From NCBI RefSeq assembly GCF_963853765.1, contig NC_088860.1, positions 7,750,001 through 7,814,000 of the forward strand: a DNA stretch of 64,000 nucleotides. The letters are read 5' to 3'. The notes beneath the pieces were generated by a model that saw nothing but the letters and a program-made list of their open reading frames with translations, made no database searches and had not been told where the DNA came from. Source of the stretch: Magallana gigas (lineage: Eukaryota). The stretch's first letter is position 1, and each line of letters opens with the position of its first letter. Position numbers and translations under genes: made by a program. This document shows positions 48,907-61,990 of the stretch, one piece after another.

Positions 48907-51744
48907 ATGGCGACAACGAAAGTCACTGGGCGCTCTCTGAGAATCCTGGTTCTATGGATTCTTATCAATACTGGTAAGTTTTCGGAAGTATACATATTCA
49001 TATTACTTGCAACATTAAGTTCAACAGATTTGAAAGAACTGCCATGCATTATTTGTTTCTTGTGTTTTATTTCAATGAAAAAAAGAGACTATGAACCCTG
49101 ACGATTAATGTTCGCATATATAGGCTATACGTTTGTATGTTTGTAATTCTATTGAATTTTCTAATAAGTATAGATCGCGTAAAATAAAGTTAACATTTTA
49201 TTGATGTTTAAAGGGGCATGATCACGATTTTGGTAAAAATTATTTTTCCGATTTTAATATTTATAATGCTTAAGGAAGGCATTTTTAATAGGTAACCAAA
49301 CTTTGAGCGTCATTTGTTTAGCTATAAGCAAGTTACAGAGCTTGAAATTCTTGAAATAATTAAGGTGATATGAGACATCTGTCGATATTAGCGTTGATTA
49401 AAGTACATTATAATGAACATGCTTCCACCGGTTTAGAATTTTCAAAATTACGTTTTAAATTTTTATGGAAAAGTAAATATTTCAAAGTCCCAGCGTTATT
49501 CGAACTCATTACATACAGAATCGTATTGAACGTTCTAACCCATTTCGATTCGCTGTTAGATACCAATTTTGGGACAGAAAATATCTAAAAAATTATACTT
49601 GATTTTATTGCTAATTGGGATAAGAAGCACGTCACAATATGGAGGTACCCCATACCACCTGAACATGTATCAAATTGTGTCCCTGAAAATCAAAATTGAT
49701 GAATCAACGTATTTGCAAACAAGGAAAACTATCCCCCAATTTGAGCATAACTAAAAAATTCTATGTTTGAGTCTCTACTTCGTTTTTAAGTGCGTAAAAT
49801 TTAATGAATCTGGAGAGAATAATACACTGTCATGAGAACTAGAAAAGTCTAGTTCTAGAAAGGAAATGGTAAATTATATATTATTAGAACTGTACTCATT
49901 GACCATCGTTGTCATGCAAGCGTACCCATATCGACTGTGATCATTTATTGGAGCACCCTATTAACCAATAATGTTACTGAATTTCAGCAAACAGCTTAAC
50001 AGCATCAGCTGAATGAAGCTTGTCTAAACACCATACTTGACTTCCTGGCTTGAAATATACCCCATCAATAATTTTTCATAGTTTGAGTTTAATCCTACTC
50101 TTGGGTGTTGTTTGTGCGAAAGCACCTATTTAAAATGTTATACATGTCAATTTTAAGTTCTACACCATTTATATGGTAACCATCTCAAAGGATTCCGCAC
50201 TTAAAGTCATTAAAATGCATATGAATATAGTTTAAGAAATGCAAATCCTACACAGAATAAGCACTTCATACTTTTGTGTATTAGATGAGAAAATACTTTA
50301 AGAGCGATACAACACCAAAATAATAGAAGTTGTGTGATTTACAAAGCTGGGTAAGCAGAAGCTAAAGCATGTGATGAAATAATGATACGTATAAGGGCCC
50401 GTATAAAATTTACGTGTACCATTTAGCAGATGCATTAAACCTTTTTTAAAATAAAAGAACATATGCTAATGGTCCTACATCAACCTTACTCTCGCTCAAC
50501 TTGTGCAATACACTCTCAGGATCATTCAATTGAATATTAATTTTTAAATAAAATATCAACTGCCTTTAATGTACTTAATTCACTGATAGAGCCATTATAT
50601 ATGGAACGATTTCATCTATAAGATCGATGTAATTTCGAAAATATAGTTAAGTTTATTCGTTATACTACAGAGGGAACAATATTATATGTAACATTTAATT
50701 TTGAATATCTATTTGACAAAACGTTTCAATGATTTCGACACAGTGAATGGCCTTTGGGGAGAGACTTGTGGAGAAGGATTCAACTGTCTCTCCGGCTATC
50801 ATTGCTGTAGCCAGTCATCCGGAATCTGCTGTCCCAATGGGTTTTTCTGCAGTGGCACGTCCTGCACCAGTNNNNNNNNNNNNNNNNNNNNNNNNNNNNN
50901 NNNNNNNNNNNNNNNNNNNNNNNNNNNNNNNNNNNNNNNNNNNNNNNNNNNNNNNNNNNNNNNNNNNNNNNNNNNNNNNNNNNNNNNNNNNNNNNNNNNN
51001 NNNNNNNNNNNNNNNNNNNNNNNNNNNNNNNNNNNNNNNNNNNNNNNNNNNNNNNNNNNNNNNNNNNNNACAAGAGTCCATCAATCAAAACCAAACAAGG
51101 ATATTGATATCTTCTTTTACAGAATTGTTATTTTCCCATGCATCGTTGCTGCACTCATTCTTGTGGTGGCCATTATTGTGATCATCACCTGTAGAAGTAA
51201 GTATATTAACTTGAATATGTTTGTTTCCCATTAGATAAATTTCTCTCCCTTTTTTAAAACTACCGATCTTTGTTCACTCTTCCATTAACAAATTTGAATT
51301 TAAATTCATGATGTAAAGTATTTTATTTATGTTTGCGTTTCTTTAACTACACCTTTAATTTGGTACTTTTAATCAACTAAATAGTGAATTGGGCAAAATA
51401 ATTTGAAAGGCAGAAGAATAGTTTTAGTAGATTTGTGTATAGATTGGTATATCAGTATAAGAGTCAGTTATTTTTCGTCTTTCGATAAGTCATCAGTATC
51501 ACAACTGCTGGTGACTTTGGAAGCAAAGATTTCTGCTTCTACTATTCCGAAATACAATATAGTATTGAAGTAGATAAAAGTCCTTAAATCAGTAATTTTT
51601 TCCTATTGGTCTTGTAAATTGTATATTTTATCTTAACCACCAGAGTTGAAGGCAAAAGGTATAAAGATGCAACTGATATCTAAACAAGGAAACCAAACCA
51701 AAAAGAAACCACTGAATAACACATGGATGGATGGCATGACGTAG
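48907..51744 (+). CDS. Shisa-like (WBP1/VOPP1/CYYR1-type) single-pass membrane protein, paralog 1; join(48907..48973,50744..>50871 into gap,51123..51196, tentative 51644..51744)
   Basis: Signal-like exon MATTKVTGRSLRILVLWILINT. Cys-rich exon CGEGFNCLSGYHCCSQSSGICCPNGFFCSGTSC. 74-nt TM exon IVIFPCIVAALILVVAIIVIITCR with the same size and phase as in paralog 2. The exon 2 donor is hidden in the gap and the last exon is only a candidate. Confidence 0.7.
49208..49355. mobile_element. Truncated copy of MITE family K1
   Basis: TTAA-AGGGGCATGATCACGATTTTGG matches 2022 and 52273; it stops next to the K2 element. Confidence 0.65.
49360..49663 (-). mobile_element. TTAA MITE family K2, degenerate copy
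   Basis: TTAA-GGTGATATGAGAC...CCCCATACCACC-TGAA; collinear with 57646-57905. Confidence 0.65.
50872..51070. other. Assembly gap (199 N)
   Basis: Run of N. It hides the end of paralog 1 exon 2. Confidence 0.99.
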
Positions 51745-52272
51745 TGATGTAACCTATTTGTTTCATTACTTTATCACTCTGTACCTCATCGGTGATTCAC
51801 TTCTCAGAATAATTGTCAGGGAAGCAATAGCTTTTACATCTACTTAATGTATTTAAATCTCCTGGCATGCTATTAAAACGTTCATAGCGAAAATTTAAAT
51901 TCAGTATTAAAGTTAACAAATACATTATATTTGTCTGTAATATCTGAAGTACATTTTGATCATTTGGTGGTTTGCTTTTTTTCTGCCTGAATTCTTCGAA
52001 AATTAAAGTAAACAACGCGACTTTATCATTAAAATATGTCTACAAGACAGCAACTACCTCTCTTCTCTTTTTGTATACAAAGTCTTTTAAACGTGCAGGA
52101 TTTTATTTCCCTGTGACGCCAAACATTTTGTCAATATAAACTGGATAGCTGCAATATTGAAAATGAGATATCAAAAGACCAGTGTGTCCAACGTTGTCCA
52201 AGGATGTAAATAGTTCTTCCAAATGTAATGTTAAGAACATTTTAAAACTTGATATAGGCTTTGAGAAGTTTA

Positions 52273-52670
52273 TTAAAGAGACATGGTCACAACTTTGGTT
52301 TATTTTTTTTTCCAATTGTAGTGTTTACAATGCTTTAGTAGGGCATTTTTAATAGGCAACCAAAATTTGAGTGTCATTCCCTGAGATATAAGCGAGTTAC
52401 AGAGCTTACAATTCTTTACTATGTAAACACAGTTTTTGTTTACATTTTAAATGTTGATGTGAAAATTCTAGATTCTGTGCTTGAAATGAATGTGTTAAAC
52501 GTTAGGAACTGTTCATTTATACTTAGAATAAATAAGAAGCCATGTATCTTGCTTATAACTCTATGACTGACTCTAAAATTTTATTTCATCATTTGAAATA
52601 CATTCCTTAAGCATTGTAAATAATTAAAACAAAAAGAAATTTGACCAGAATCATGACCATGTCCCTTTAA
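52273..52670. mobile_element. TTAA-flanked MITE, family K1
   Basis: TTAA-AGAGACATGGTCAC...ATGACCATGTCCCT-TTAA. The interior aligns with 2026-2437. Confidence 0.78.
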
Positions 52671-55131
52671 TATTTTATCTGTAAAGTTATAAAAAAACAC
52701 CAAAAATCAACAAACTTCCAACCCATTGTTTTCCTGCAGAGGGTTTGGAATTTCATTACATTTGAGAATTTCCAGTTTAGAAGAAATGGAAAAAAAAAAC
52801 CAGAACATGAGATATGTTACAAATTGTTACACATATATTACTTCTGGGGTTTTTCCTTGTGTGTATGTACCTCTGACGATTTTTATCTATGCTTATTTTG
52901 TATAATTGTTCCTCTTGTACCAATAAATTTGGTTTGAACGAATAAACTAAACTTGTCAATGACAATTTTGTTGTTTTAAGCTATTGAAACGTGCAAACGT
53001 CATCTCCAGCAGGGGGTGGTGTTCCTTGTAAATACAAAGCGATTTTTCTCGGAAATCTATAATGAGTTATCTTGAAGAACATTTTAATTTAAGTAGCTTT
53101 CGAGTACACTTTAATAAAGAAAATACAAAAAATCGGTTTGAAGGTTTTCAAAATCTTTCCCATTGTTATGACATAACAAAAATTTATGTAAACCAACGCT
53201 ACATCCCGATTTAAATAGAAAGAAATAATTGCAGTCGCTTGATTGATTTATTTACTTGTTTAAATAGGTCATTCCGTGTATAATTTTGTTATTTTCTATA
53301 GAAAGTAATTTTTATGTCAAGATACATTATGCAATGCACAGTTGAAAGGCACTATTGTCTGGATATACACGGGGGGGGGGGGGGGGGGTAAAAAGTGTCT
53401 CAAAAGTTCCTTTTAACGGAGATTCTCAGGATATTAAATTACAAATTTAAAATCTTACGCATAGTGAATGAAGTTTGAGTTCTGTTCGCTGTTCACTGTT
53501 CACTATTCACTAATACTCTGTGGTCTATTCATTATTTAAACCACCATTAGTACGTTGATAAACGTAGACTTATAGTCAGCATTAACTTACTTTTTTATTT
53601 GAAACAAACAGTGATATATTCAAATTTTTCACTTTCTGAAATGAGATGACAACTGCCATAATCAGCTAGCCTGGCTTATGGGTAAAAAAAATGCATCATG
53701 CATCATATAATGCCAAAATGGGAATATTATTCATTATTATTACCCTTTATCCCATATTTGGGGCTTTATATTTGGTGAGGATGAGACCTGGAGAAAGACC
53801 AAACGACTCTCAAAAGAAAATGGGTCTACACGACCAGTAACAGACATAGCTAGCCAGGTGAAAATATTTTTAAAAAGTGATATATCACTATTGGTTTTTT
53901 TTTTCAAATAAAAAAGTTAGTTAATGTGCATTTTAAGCTTACGTTTATTAGCATACTTACGTTAATTCGAATAGTGATGACATCACAGAATGCTATTCGC
54001 TATTCGAATAGTCAGTTGTGAAAAGCGAATAGAACTCCAACATCTGAATGCCAATAAACCATTGTGTTTAACATAGGCTTTTCGGGTATTTCACGTAATT
54101 TTTTGTTGGTGTATTTTGTTATTTTTTTAATTTTTTTTTTTGGGAGGGGGGGGGGTTTGATGCAGGATCTGCTGATGAATGTTTATGCAATTTTAACCAT
54201 CCATAATTAGAACCATTTTAACAAGGCCTTTGACTTTCTGTAGGACATTTAAGCTTTCCATTTTTTGCGTCAAGACAAGTTAAAAATGACGCTTATTTCA
54301 AGCAAAAATATACACCGATTGCGTAGTCTTAGCTCAAAAGCCAGACAAACTTGTTGATTTCAAAAGAGCCATGGCTGAATGGCCAGCAATGAAATTAAAA
54401 GGCCTACGTCACAATTCTGACACAACTATATACCCCAAGTCCGAGCTCTTCTCGGTTCTATTTTTAAGCTGTAGTCGTCCTGTTCCCAAAATAACCCAAC
54501 ATTCATTGTTCATGTTCATTTTTTAAAGCTATTATCATCATCGTTTTGTATGTTTGACAACTGATGATTTATTCTATATCATGAAATTTGATTATGATAG
54601 TAATACTTAAGTTATAGCTCGGCAAACTGGCGTACATCAATGTACGTATATATGAGGCTGACGTTGAAATATTCCAGGTTAAAATAGTTTCAAAATGTGA
54701 CTGGTTTAGGGTTTCATTAAACACAAGGACGCATTCTTTACGGATATCGATCAAAGGCTGATGTCAAATACCTACCAGCTTCAACCATTTATCGATCTGA
54801 TTTATTATTTGTATTACAGCGTGTCAATGTCCATCACACATATTTAGGAACAAAATTCATTCATCCATTTCTTATGCACCTTTCCTGCGTTTTCTTCATT
54901 GTAAACTGCGCAAATTGATGAACATTGTAAATCATCAACTGTATTCCGTGTATTCCGTGTGTGGGACAGGTCTAAATGATATACACATGTTGTAAAGGTT
55001 GATCTATGTATCGGTAAACGCATATAAATTAATTTCGGGCTTTATCGCTTTGACCTTATTGTCACTGGTCTGTCTGTTTATGAGCATCACCATAGTTTCA
55101 CTTCCGTTTTGCTTGTTTTCATTTGCGCAGC

Positions 55132-56278
55132 ATGAAGATACCGATGGCTGTTAAGTTAGATCAAGCAATTACCTTTCTAATTGTTTTATTTTTCATAGAC
55201 ACAGGTAAGTTTTGCAAACATTGTGTAATTGTATACTGTTATCAAATTTACATGTACTTTAATTAATTAAGATTGAACTCTCTCATATTCTGTCGGCTAA
55301 CATTAAAAAAATCAATTGCGACTTTATCAAAATAGGAATTTTTGCTGCCATTAGCGGATGATGGCAAGATGTCGTCTCTTAATGTTAATGGTGTTCGTGC
55401 TTTGAGAAGCTCTTGAGAGAGATTGTTTACCTGGCTCCAGTAAAATTGGTGTATATAGCGATATCGTACTTCAATGTACTAATCTAGCGTAACTTATAGC
55501 GTGCAACCTAATTTAATCATTTATTGGCTTTGTATTGTGTAGAAACTTTAAAAAATAGAAAATATATTCACGTACATGTATGAACAAGACCTTGGGTTAT
55601 GCGTGCAATGAAAAGTGTGTATCAATAAATGAAAAATAACTGCTGTTATTGATTTTTTAAGACCAGTTACCTTATAGTTACTTTGTCATTGCCAAAATAA
55701 AAGATTCATTTCTTTATGCCAGATACATTATGATGTCATACTTGATTAGAATTGTCGTTTCCTCTTTATACTGACTCTTGGCATTCCAATACATGTAATA
55801 TCACCAGAAAAACTTTATTTATATACTTATATCAATAACTGAATTACATTGCAATTTTTGCATGCTTGCGTTTCTTTTTTCTGATTTATATTTAATTACA
55901 ACCCCACACCCCACCCCCACCCACCCCCAAATTATTATTTTTTGACTTAAATATATATTTTAACATTTGTCTTTGACATCTTAATATATGTTCAACAGAT
56001 AGATTTACGTGTTTTGGGGTTTTTAAATATTGCAATATTGAAAGGCGATGATGTTTTTCAATAAAAAAAGAAAGGTGATAACTACTGGAGAAGCCGTCAG
56101 CCATTTACTTTTAACATTTCGATTTTAGTGAGTGGTTTGTTAGGTGAGGTATGTGGCTTTGGGGCGTGTTTCTATGGTTACCATTGCTGTAGCCAATCCT
56201 CTGGTTACTGCTGTCCTGATGGATTCGTTTGCAGTGGAAGCATCTGTATCAGCCTAGTGTAAGTCTGTCTGTCCGAGC

Positions 56279-56339
<61 letters not shown>

Positions 56340-58355
56340 CTCTCTCATAAACTAATTGTTTTGTTTTAATTAAAAGACAAATAGAAAATAATCCCCTGCA
56401 TGCATATTTGTGATTTGGAAGCACAATTAATTAAAAAAACTATTAAACTATTTTAACTTTGTCGAGTCAGAGTTATAGACATGGTGTAAACATTCAACCA
56501 ATTATATACCCCTAAAATGTATTTTACACGAGGAAGAGTAAAAAATAAAGATCGGGAGCAATCAGGTAAAATGCTATTGTGTAATGATCTGCGATCAAAT
56601 GCCTTTGCGAAAAGAAAGCTAGGACTATGCTAGCCCAGCAAGACACTGGGGTCAAGTTAAATCAATAAAATTTTTAGAAAGAAAAAATTCAAGTTCATAC
56701 AAATTATGCATATATAATTCATATATACAGTAATATACAGTATATGCTTATATGCGCATAAACAATGCACATGAATGAGACATGAGAAGAGACTTGTTTC
56801 GAGCCGATATTACTGTCCGTTCACTAATATACACTATGTAAAATGACAAACAATAATGGATGTTTAATATACACCATAAGTACACACCACAAATGCAAAG
56901 AACCTACATAATTATGCAACCACTTGCCATCAAGAAGTTTTTATCTAAATTGACTACAAATCTAAGCCAATATGCTAAGGCAAACATTTCGTATTCTTTG
57001 TTGCCTGCATGAGGGAATCTTAGTTATTTTCTTCTATAAAACAGAACATTGGTGGATTTAAAGAGTAGATGAATAAAGACGAATCTATGTAAACTAGCGA
57101 GATAGAGATGATGGGGAGAGTGTGATCTAAGCTATAGAATTTGTGCTTGATTGTAAATATTTACATTTTTACGTCTGTGATAACACTATGAATCGATTTT
57201 GTACTATACAGTCCAATAAATTCAAATGACGTATTATTGGGGCGCATGCGGGGTTTACATACTTAATATTCTAATTTTAACCCTACAACTGATGAAATGT
57301 TTTTAAATATAAGTAAAATGAAATCATTCTTTGAATTTTATAAGGTAATAATTCGGTTGGGGTGTGATCAAACCTATCAAAAAGCCTTTCGGACTTTGGA
57401 TTTGATTATGCCCCGATCAAAATTATCACCCCACAATATTCAAAGAATGATTTCTTATTCCCTAAATAGTACAATAAAACTGTTCAAATCAGGGATAATG
57501 GGAGAGCTTTGTTGTTTTTGACACAGTGTGATCATCGCCCCTATCGTCATCGGCGTCATCGTCATCATTGTGATCGTTGTCGTCGTTATTGCCTGCAAAA
57601 GTTAGTATCTAAAAATAGGATGTTGTGTAGAAAATAGTATTACCCTTAAGGTGGAATGGGACCACCTGTCGATATCAAAGTGGATTAAAGTGCATTATAA
57701 TTAAAATACTTTCACCGGTTTAACCACGAAATATGTTTTACAAATTTCCAAGTGGGATTCGAACTTATAACTTACAAATCTGTAGTGAACCATCCAACCA
57801 ACTGCGCTACGCTGAAAGATAACAAGTTTGGACAAGAAACTGTATAAAAAGTTATAATTGATTTTATTGGTCATCACAACATGGAGGTGTCCCATTCCAC
57901 CTTAATTACTCTAGAAGTTAATTTCTATTTTAATTCAGTATTAAGTGTGAACATTTAAGTCAACCTGCAAATAAAAGTAATACGTATTAATCAGGAAACT
58001 TATTGTGTTTAAAAACAGTGGTTTCATAAATAGTTTCATAATTAGAATATTCATAACTTTAATTGTAAAAAATCCTGTCCATTTCCACGCAGAGAAAAGA
58101 GCCCAAGGCGTTGTCATTGCGCCTAGTACAAACGTAGGATATAATGTCCAACACCAGCAGACGACAGCTTATCAATATGGTCCGCCAGGTCAACCGGGTC
58201 AACAACCCATGAACTACCAGTACGGTCAGCCAGGCCAGGGAGTTTACCCACCCCACCCAGCACAGCCCCAGGGTCCGCCCGCCTACCCTGGACAACCCCA
58301 GACCTCTACCGACCCGGCCTACCCACCCCCGCCGATGGAATACAAGCAACCATGA
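55132..58355 (+). CDS. Shisa-like (WBP1/VOPP1/CYYR1-type) single-pass membrane protein, paralog 2, 179 aa; join(55132..55204,56129..56258,57527..57600,58093..58355)
   Basis: GT-AG introns, phases 1,2,1. Signal-like N-terminus, CGFGACFYGYHCCSQSSGYCCPDGFVCSGSIC ectodomain, TM followed by a juxtamembrane Cys (IACKK), and a Pro/Gln/Tyr-rich tail with PPAY (a PPxY motif). Confidence 0.88.
56282..56336. repeat. (CT)n microsatellite
   Basis: Pure CT run next to the exon 2 donor of paralog 2. Confidence 0.95.
57646..57905 (-). mobile_element. TTAA MITE family K2 (Kolobok-like) with an internal tRNA-like segment, in paralog 2 intron 3
   Basis: TIR GGTGGAATGGGAC(C)ACCT, TTAA at 57646-57649 and 57902-57905. 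The minus strand at about 57748-57814 reads TAGCGCAGTTGG...AGTTCGAATCCC (A-box and B-box-like). Confidence 0.8.
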
Positions 58356-59349
58356 AACGACTGTGGCAAAGCCCTGTTTTCCGTAATACCAAAGCTTCTA
58401 ATCAATATCGATATTGATCTTTTTTAACTCTTATTGCAAACAAACTGGTTGACTTCAAGTCCATAATCTTCACATAAATAATTAAAACGAAGCTTTGAAC
58501 TTTCGATTTATTCAGTCAAGAGACATGTTTTCTATTTTAAAACATGGAACCTTTGCTTTAAGAAAATTTATAGAGTATTTTTTAATAACAGCTCTTTTCA
58601 TTAGTAAGACTTACTGTCTTATAATTGAATTAATAAAGAATAAAAGTGAAAATATTCTTCCTGAAAAATGTACGACTACTCATTATTTTTTCTCTTTATT
58701 GTTCTTTCTGTTTTAATTATTGATGCTTGTGTAAGCGTATTGTATCGCTACCATCAAGTCTGAAGGGTGAAATTACATTCAGCTGCTGATATCTTTTGTG
58801 GGGATCTTCCTCATAAAAATCGTTTTATAGATTTCGAAATTTTACGTTGTTTTATTTTACAAGCAGTACGATGTAAAATGTCCTTGTTCAAACAATATAG
58901 AGCTATTTATGTAGACAGTGATATTGATTTATTTATGCAATGTATTAATAGTACCAATTATGGATGTATTAACTGTAACTTATGATTATTAAATAATGTA
59001 ACTACCATATGCACCCCCTAAAAATATTACTATATAACCGGGTCAAAACAGTTACCGCTATTTCATAAACCACTTCACTGCCGCCCGCAATTTTTATGAA
59101 TATAATCATGCAGCTTATCAACTCATTCTTTTAATTGACGTGTTTTAATATTGACCTTAACTAGAAGTGAGTAGTACTGATCTGAAAGTTGTTCGTCTAA
59201 GAAACAAAGGAAACCTTTTTAAAATGTTCCAATCCTATTTATTCTGACTTGCTCGATAAGCCATCAGTTTTTTTTGCAACACGTTCAGCACTTGAACATT
59301 GACAATTTTTATGATATTGATATGTTTAGCACATGAAGCATGCATTATT

Positions 59350-59510
59350 TAAGAAATAAACAATGTTATTTAGTGAACATGGCGTTATGAATAGCAATTG
59401 CTCTGTTGGCATATTCCATGATGCGCGCTAGCGCATCATGGAAAATATGTCAGCAGAGCAGTTGCTATTCATAACGCCATGTTCACTAAATAATCGTTGT
59501 TTATTACTTA
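59350..59510. mobile_element. 161-bp near-perfect palindromic element
   Basis: Arms of about 78 bp with scattered mismatches; apex CCATGATGCGC-GCTA-GCGCATCATGG. Confidence 0.75.
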
Positions 59511-61019
59511 TATTTGCATTTTACCACTCGCAAATACCCTGTATTAGCCTAGACCTCAACATTTAGCTATTAAATCAAAAGTAAACATTCAGACTGTAAT
59601 GTATCTTTTTAATTCACATAGATTTGTTAACAGAATCAATGATATGTTATAACAGTAATTCCTTTAAAATGTTATCAAAAACATGTTTTAATATTACATG
59701 TAAATAGGTCAATTTTAATGGAGTTGGAGAAAAACACATGATGTATCGTATAGTGGTTTAAATCTATAACGTCATGGAAAAGTATATATAACGTTACACC
59801 TTTATGACGTCATAGTATACTGACAGAGCAATTGCGATTATAGAGATATAATTGCAGCTCCTCCGTATGGGCTTACAGTGGGAAAGAACAATGGAAATGC
59901 AAATATATTCTTTGTATTTTGAAAACTTCACAACCACGTAGCATTGGGTGGGGGGGGGGTGGGCTCTCAGTCATCTTTTTTAAAATTTACATATAAAAAA
60001 TTGAATAAACGAATGATCATGCAGTTACCCCTCTCCTCCCCCCCCCCCCCCCCTCTTTTTGGGGGACCAAATAAAAGTTTGAAGTGAAAATAAGGAAATG
60101 GACAGGGAAATTGAAGTTATAGGTATACCCCCCCCCCCCATTAAGATTTTCGTGATTTTTATTTTTTTCTGCTTGTCAAGATTTTTTTTGGATGAGTCTG
60201 CCCCTTTTCAAAAACGTTGTTACTTCCCTGAACTTGGACATTGGTCCTAGGAGGGACATCCGTTATACACACGGCGCGCAAAATGTGTGATAATTTTTTT
60301 TATTCTAACATTTAAAAAAAAAAGTTATCTTTTTAATGTATCTGTTTTGTTGTATCGTATAAATTGACGAGAAATACATTGCCAATGCATTTCTGATATC
60401 TACATGTACTGTTTATTTAAAACGCTGTTTACATTTTGTTGAATGTTTATATAAAATTTAGTTCTTATAAAGTTTTGACATTTTTCTTTTCTTTTCGATT
60501 CACCGTGGCCTTTTTGAAATATATTTTACCGATAGATACATTTTGAAACATGACACCCTTTGCATGTAACAGACGGTATTGTTTTTTTAAGATACGTAAT
60601 ATTTTATCAATAATATCATCACAATAAGTATCAACTTATTTTTACTATATTCTAAAACATATATAGAAAAATATTTACATCTACGAAGTAGTATTCCCTC
60701 TATTTCTTACAGAAACTTTTAGTTAATTCATAGTTCTATAGAAATCTACACGCCCCGTTTATCGATTGGTCGAAATCTACAGCGGCTGAAACTGACAAGA
60801 AAATGACAGGAATGAAATTGACACGCCCTGTCTATCGATTGGTCGAGACCTACAACTACCTAAGAAAAACCACGGACTGCACGAAATAACCATGATGATG
60901 TCAGAGTAGACGATTTGACTGTTTCTTTTAGCTAACGTACTTATGTACATTAACAGGAATTAAGTGAATTTTACTTACTTTTTGCGCTCAATTTCTTAAT
61001 TAGTTAAAAGTAAAATGTT

Positions 61020-61170
61020 AATATAAAGAATAAAATACTTTCTTTAATGATTCATGCGAGTTATGAAGGTAGCGATCATTGCAGAAAAAAATTACATATT
61101 ATGTATTTTTTTGCAATGTTGTTACCTTCATATCCCAAATGAATCACTGAAATGAAGCATTTTATTATTT
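61020..61170 (+). mobile_element. Dispersed repeat fragment (copy 2), homologous to about 25020-25165; probably extends left to about 60690
   Basis: Shared ATGATTCATGCG...TGCAGAAAAAA...ATGAATCA core. The upstream part has a direct repeat ACACGCCC.GT.TATCGATTGGTCGA. Confidence 0.55.
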
Positions 61171-61933
61171 AAATGACTTAATCGAAGCTAAATGTTGTTG
61201 AAATAATAATAATCAAATTCAATATTAAGAGTTTTATTCGATTAGTCTTAAAGTGGTTACTGTGAATAAACTTCCGACTGATTCGAACAACCAATAGATC
61301 CCTTGTAATACACACGTGTCCGAGCGAGCGACCATGCATTATACCTTTTCACATACAACCAACGTCTATCTCGCAATGATTTTTTATTCAGACACGTATG
61401 GATCTTTGCAACAGACATTTTAATAAATCGTTGAATAGTTTCACCTTAAAGAATGCCTTTTGTTTATGTCTCAAAGCAAAGCAGCATATACCACAATGGA
61501 TTGTGAATCGTTAGTTTTTGAAAAGAATAACAATATGGCAACGATTGTTGAACTTATCTACATTGTAGCTATGGTCTGGAAAAATTTGGATGGGCTACCT
61601 GGGAGCTACAGTGCCACCAACTGAAAAAAATGTGTATTTATTTTTTGCGCACAACAACGTGCCTAGGTCATCCATCCGAATTTTTTTCACACTGGGAGCT
61701 TCAGACCTGCAGCTATTGTGAATATTACATCATTTATAGTGCACACTTTGTTATATTCAAGTGTTATCAAATTTGAACAAATATCTCTTTAAAACCTCTG
61801 GGATATGTTTATTTAAGCTAAGTAAATGTATTTTCATCAAGGAAGAATGTCATTATATAGATTTATCGCTCAACCATTCATACCATTGACATAAAATGAT
61901 TTGCGAGGATCAAACCTGAAATGAGAAATCAAT

Positions 61934-61939
<6 letters not shown>

Positions 61940-61986
<47 letters not shown>
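61940..61986. repeat. (CT)n microsatellite
   Basis: Pure CT run. Confidence 0.95.

Positions 61987-61990
<4 letters not shown>

Noticed and set aside
50701-51234. ORFs spanning the N gap
   Set aside because: Artefacts of translating Ns; only 50744-50871 and 51123-51196 are exon-like.
52740-52765. Alternative last exon for Shisa-like paralog 1 (KGLEFHYI*)
   Set aside because: Good acceptor but only 8 codons; 51644-51744 is closer and longer. Neither is proven.
57748-57814. Functional tRNA gene
   Set aside because: The acceptor and anticodon stems do not pair properly and it lies inside a multi-copy MITE; treated as tRNA-derived.
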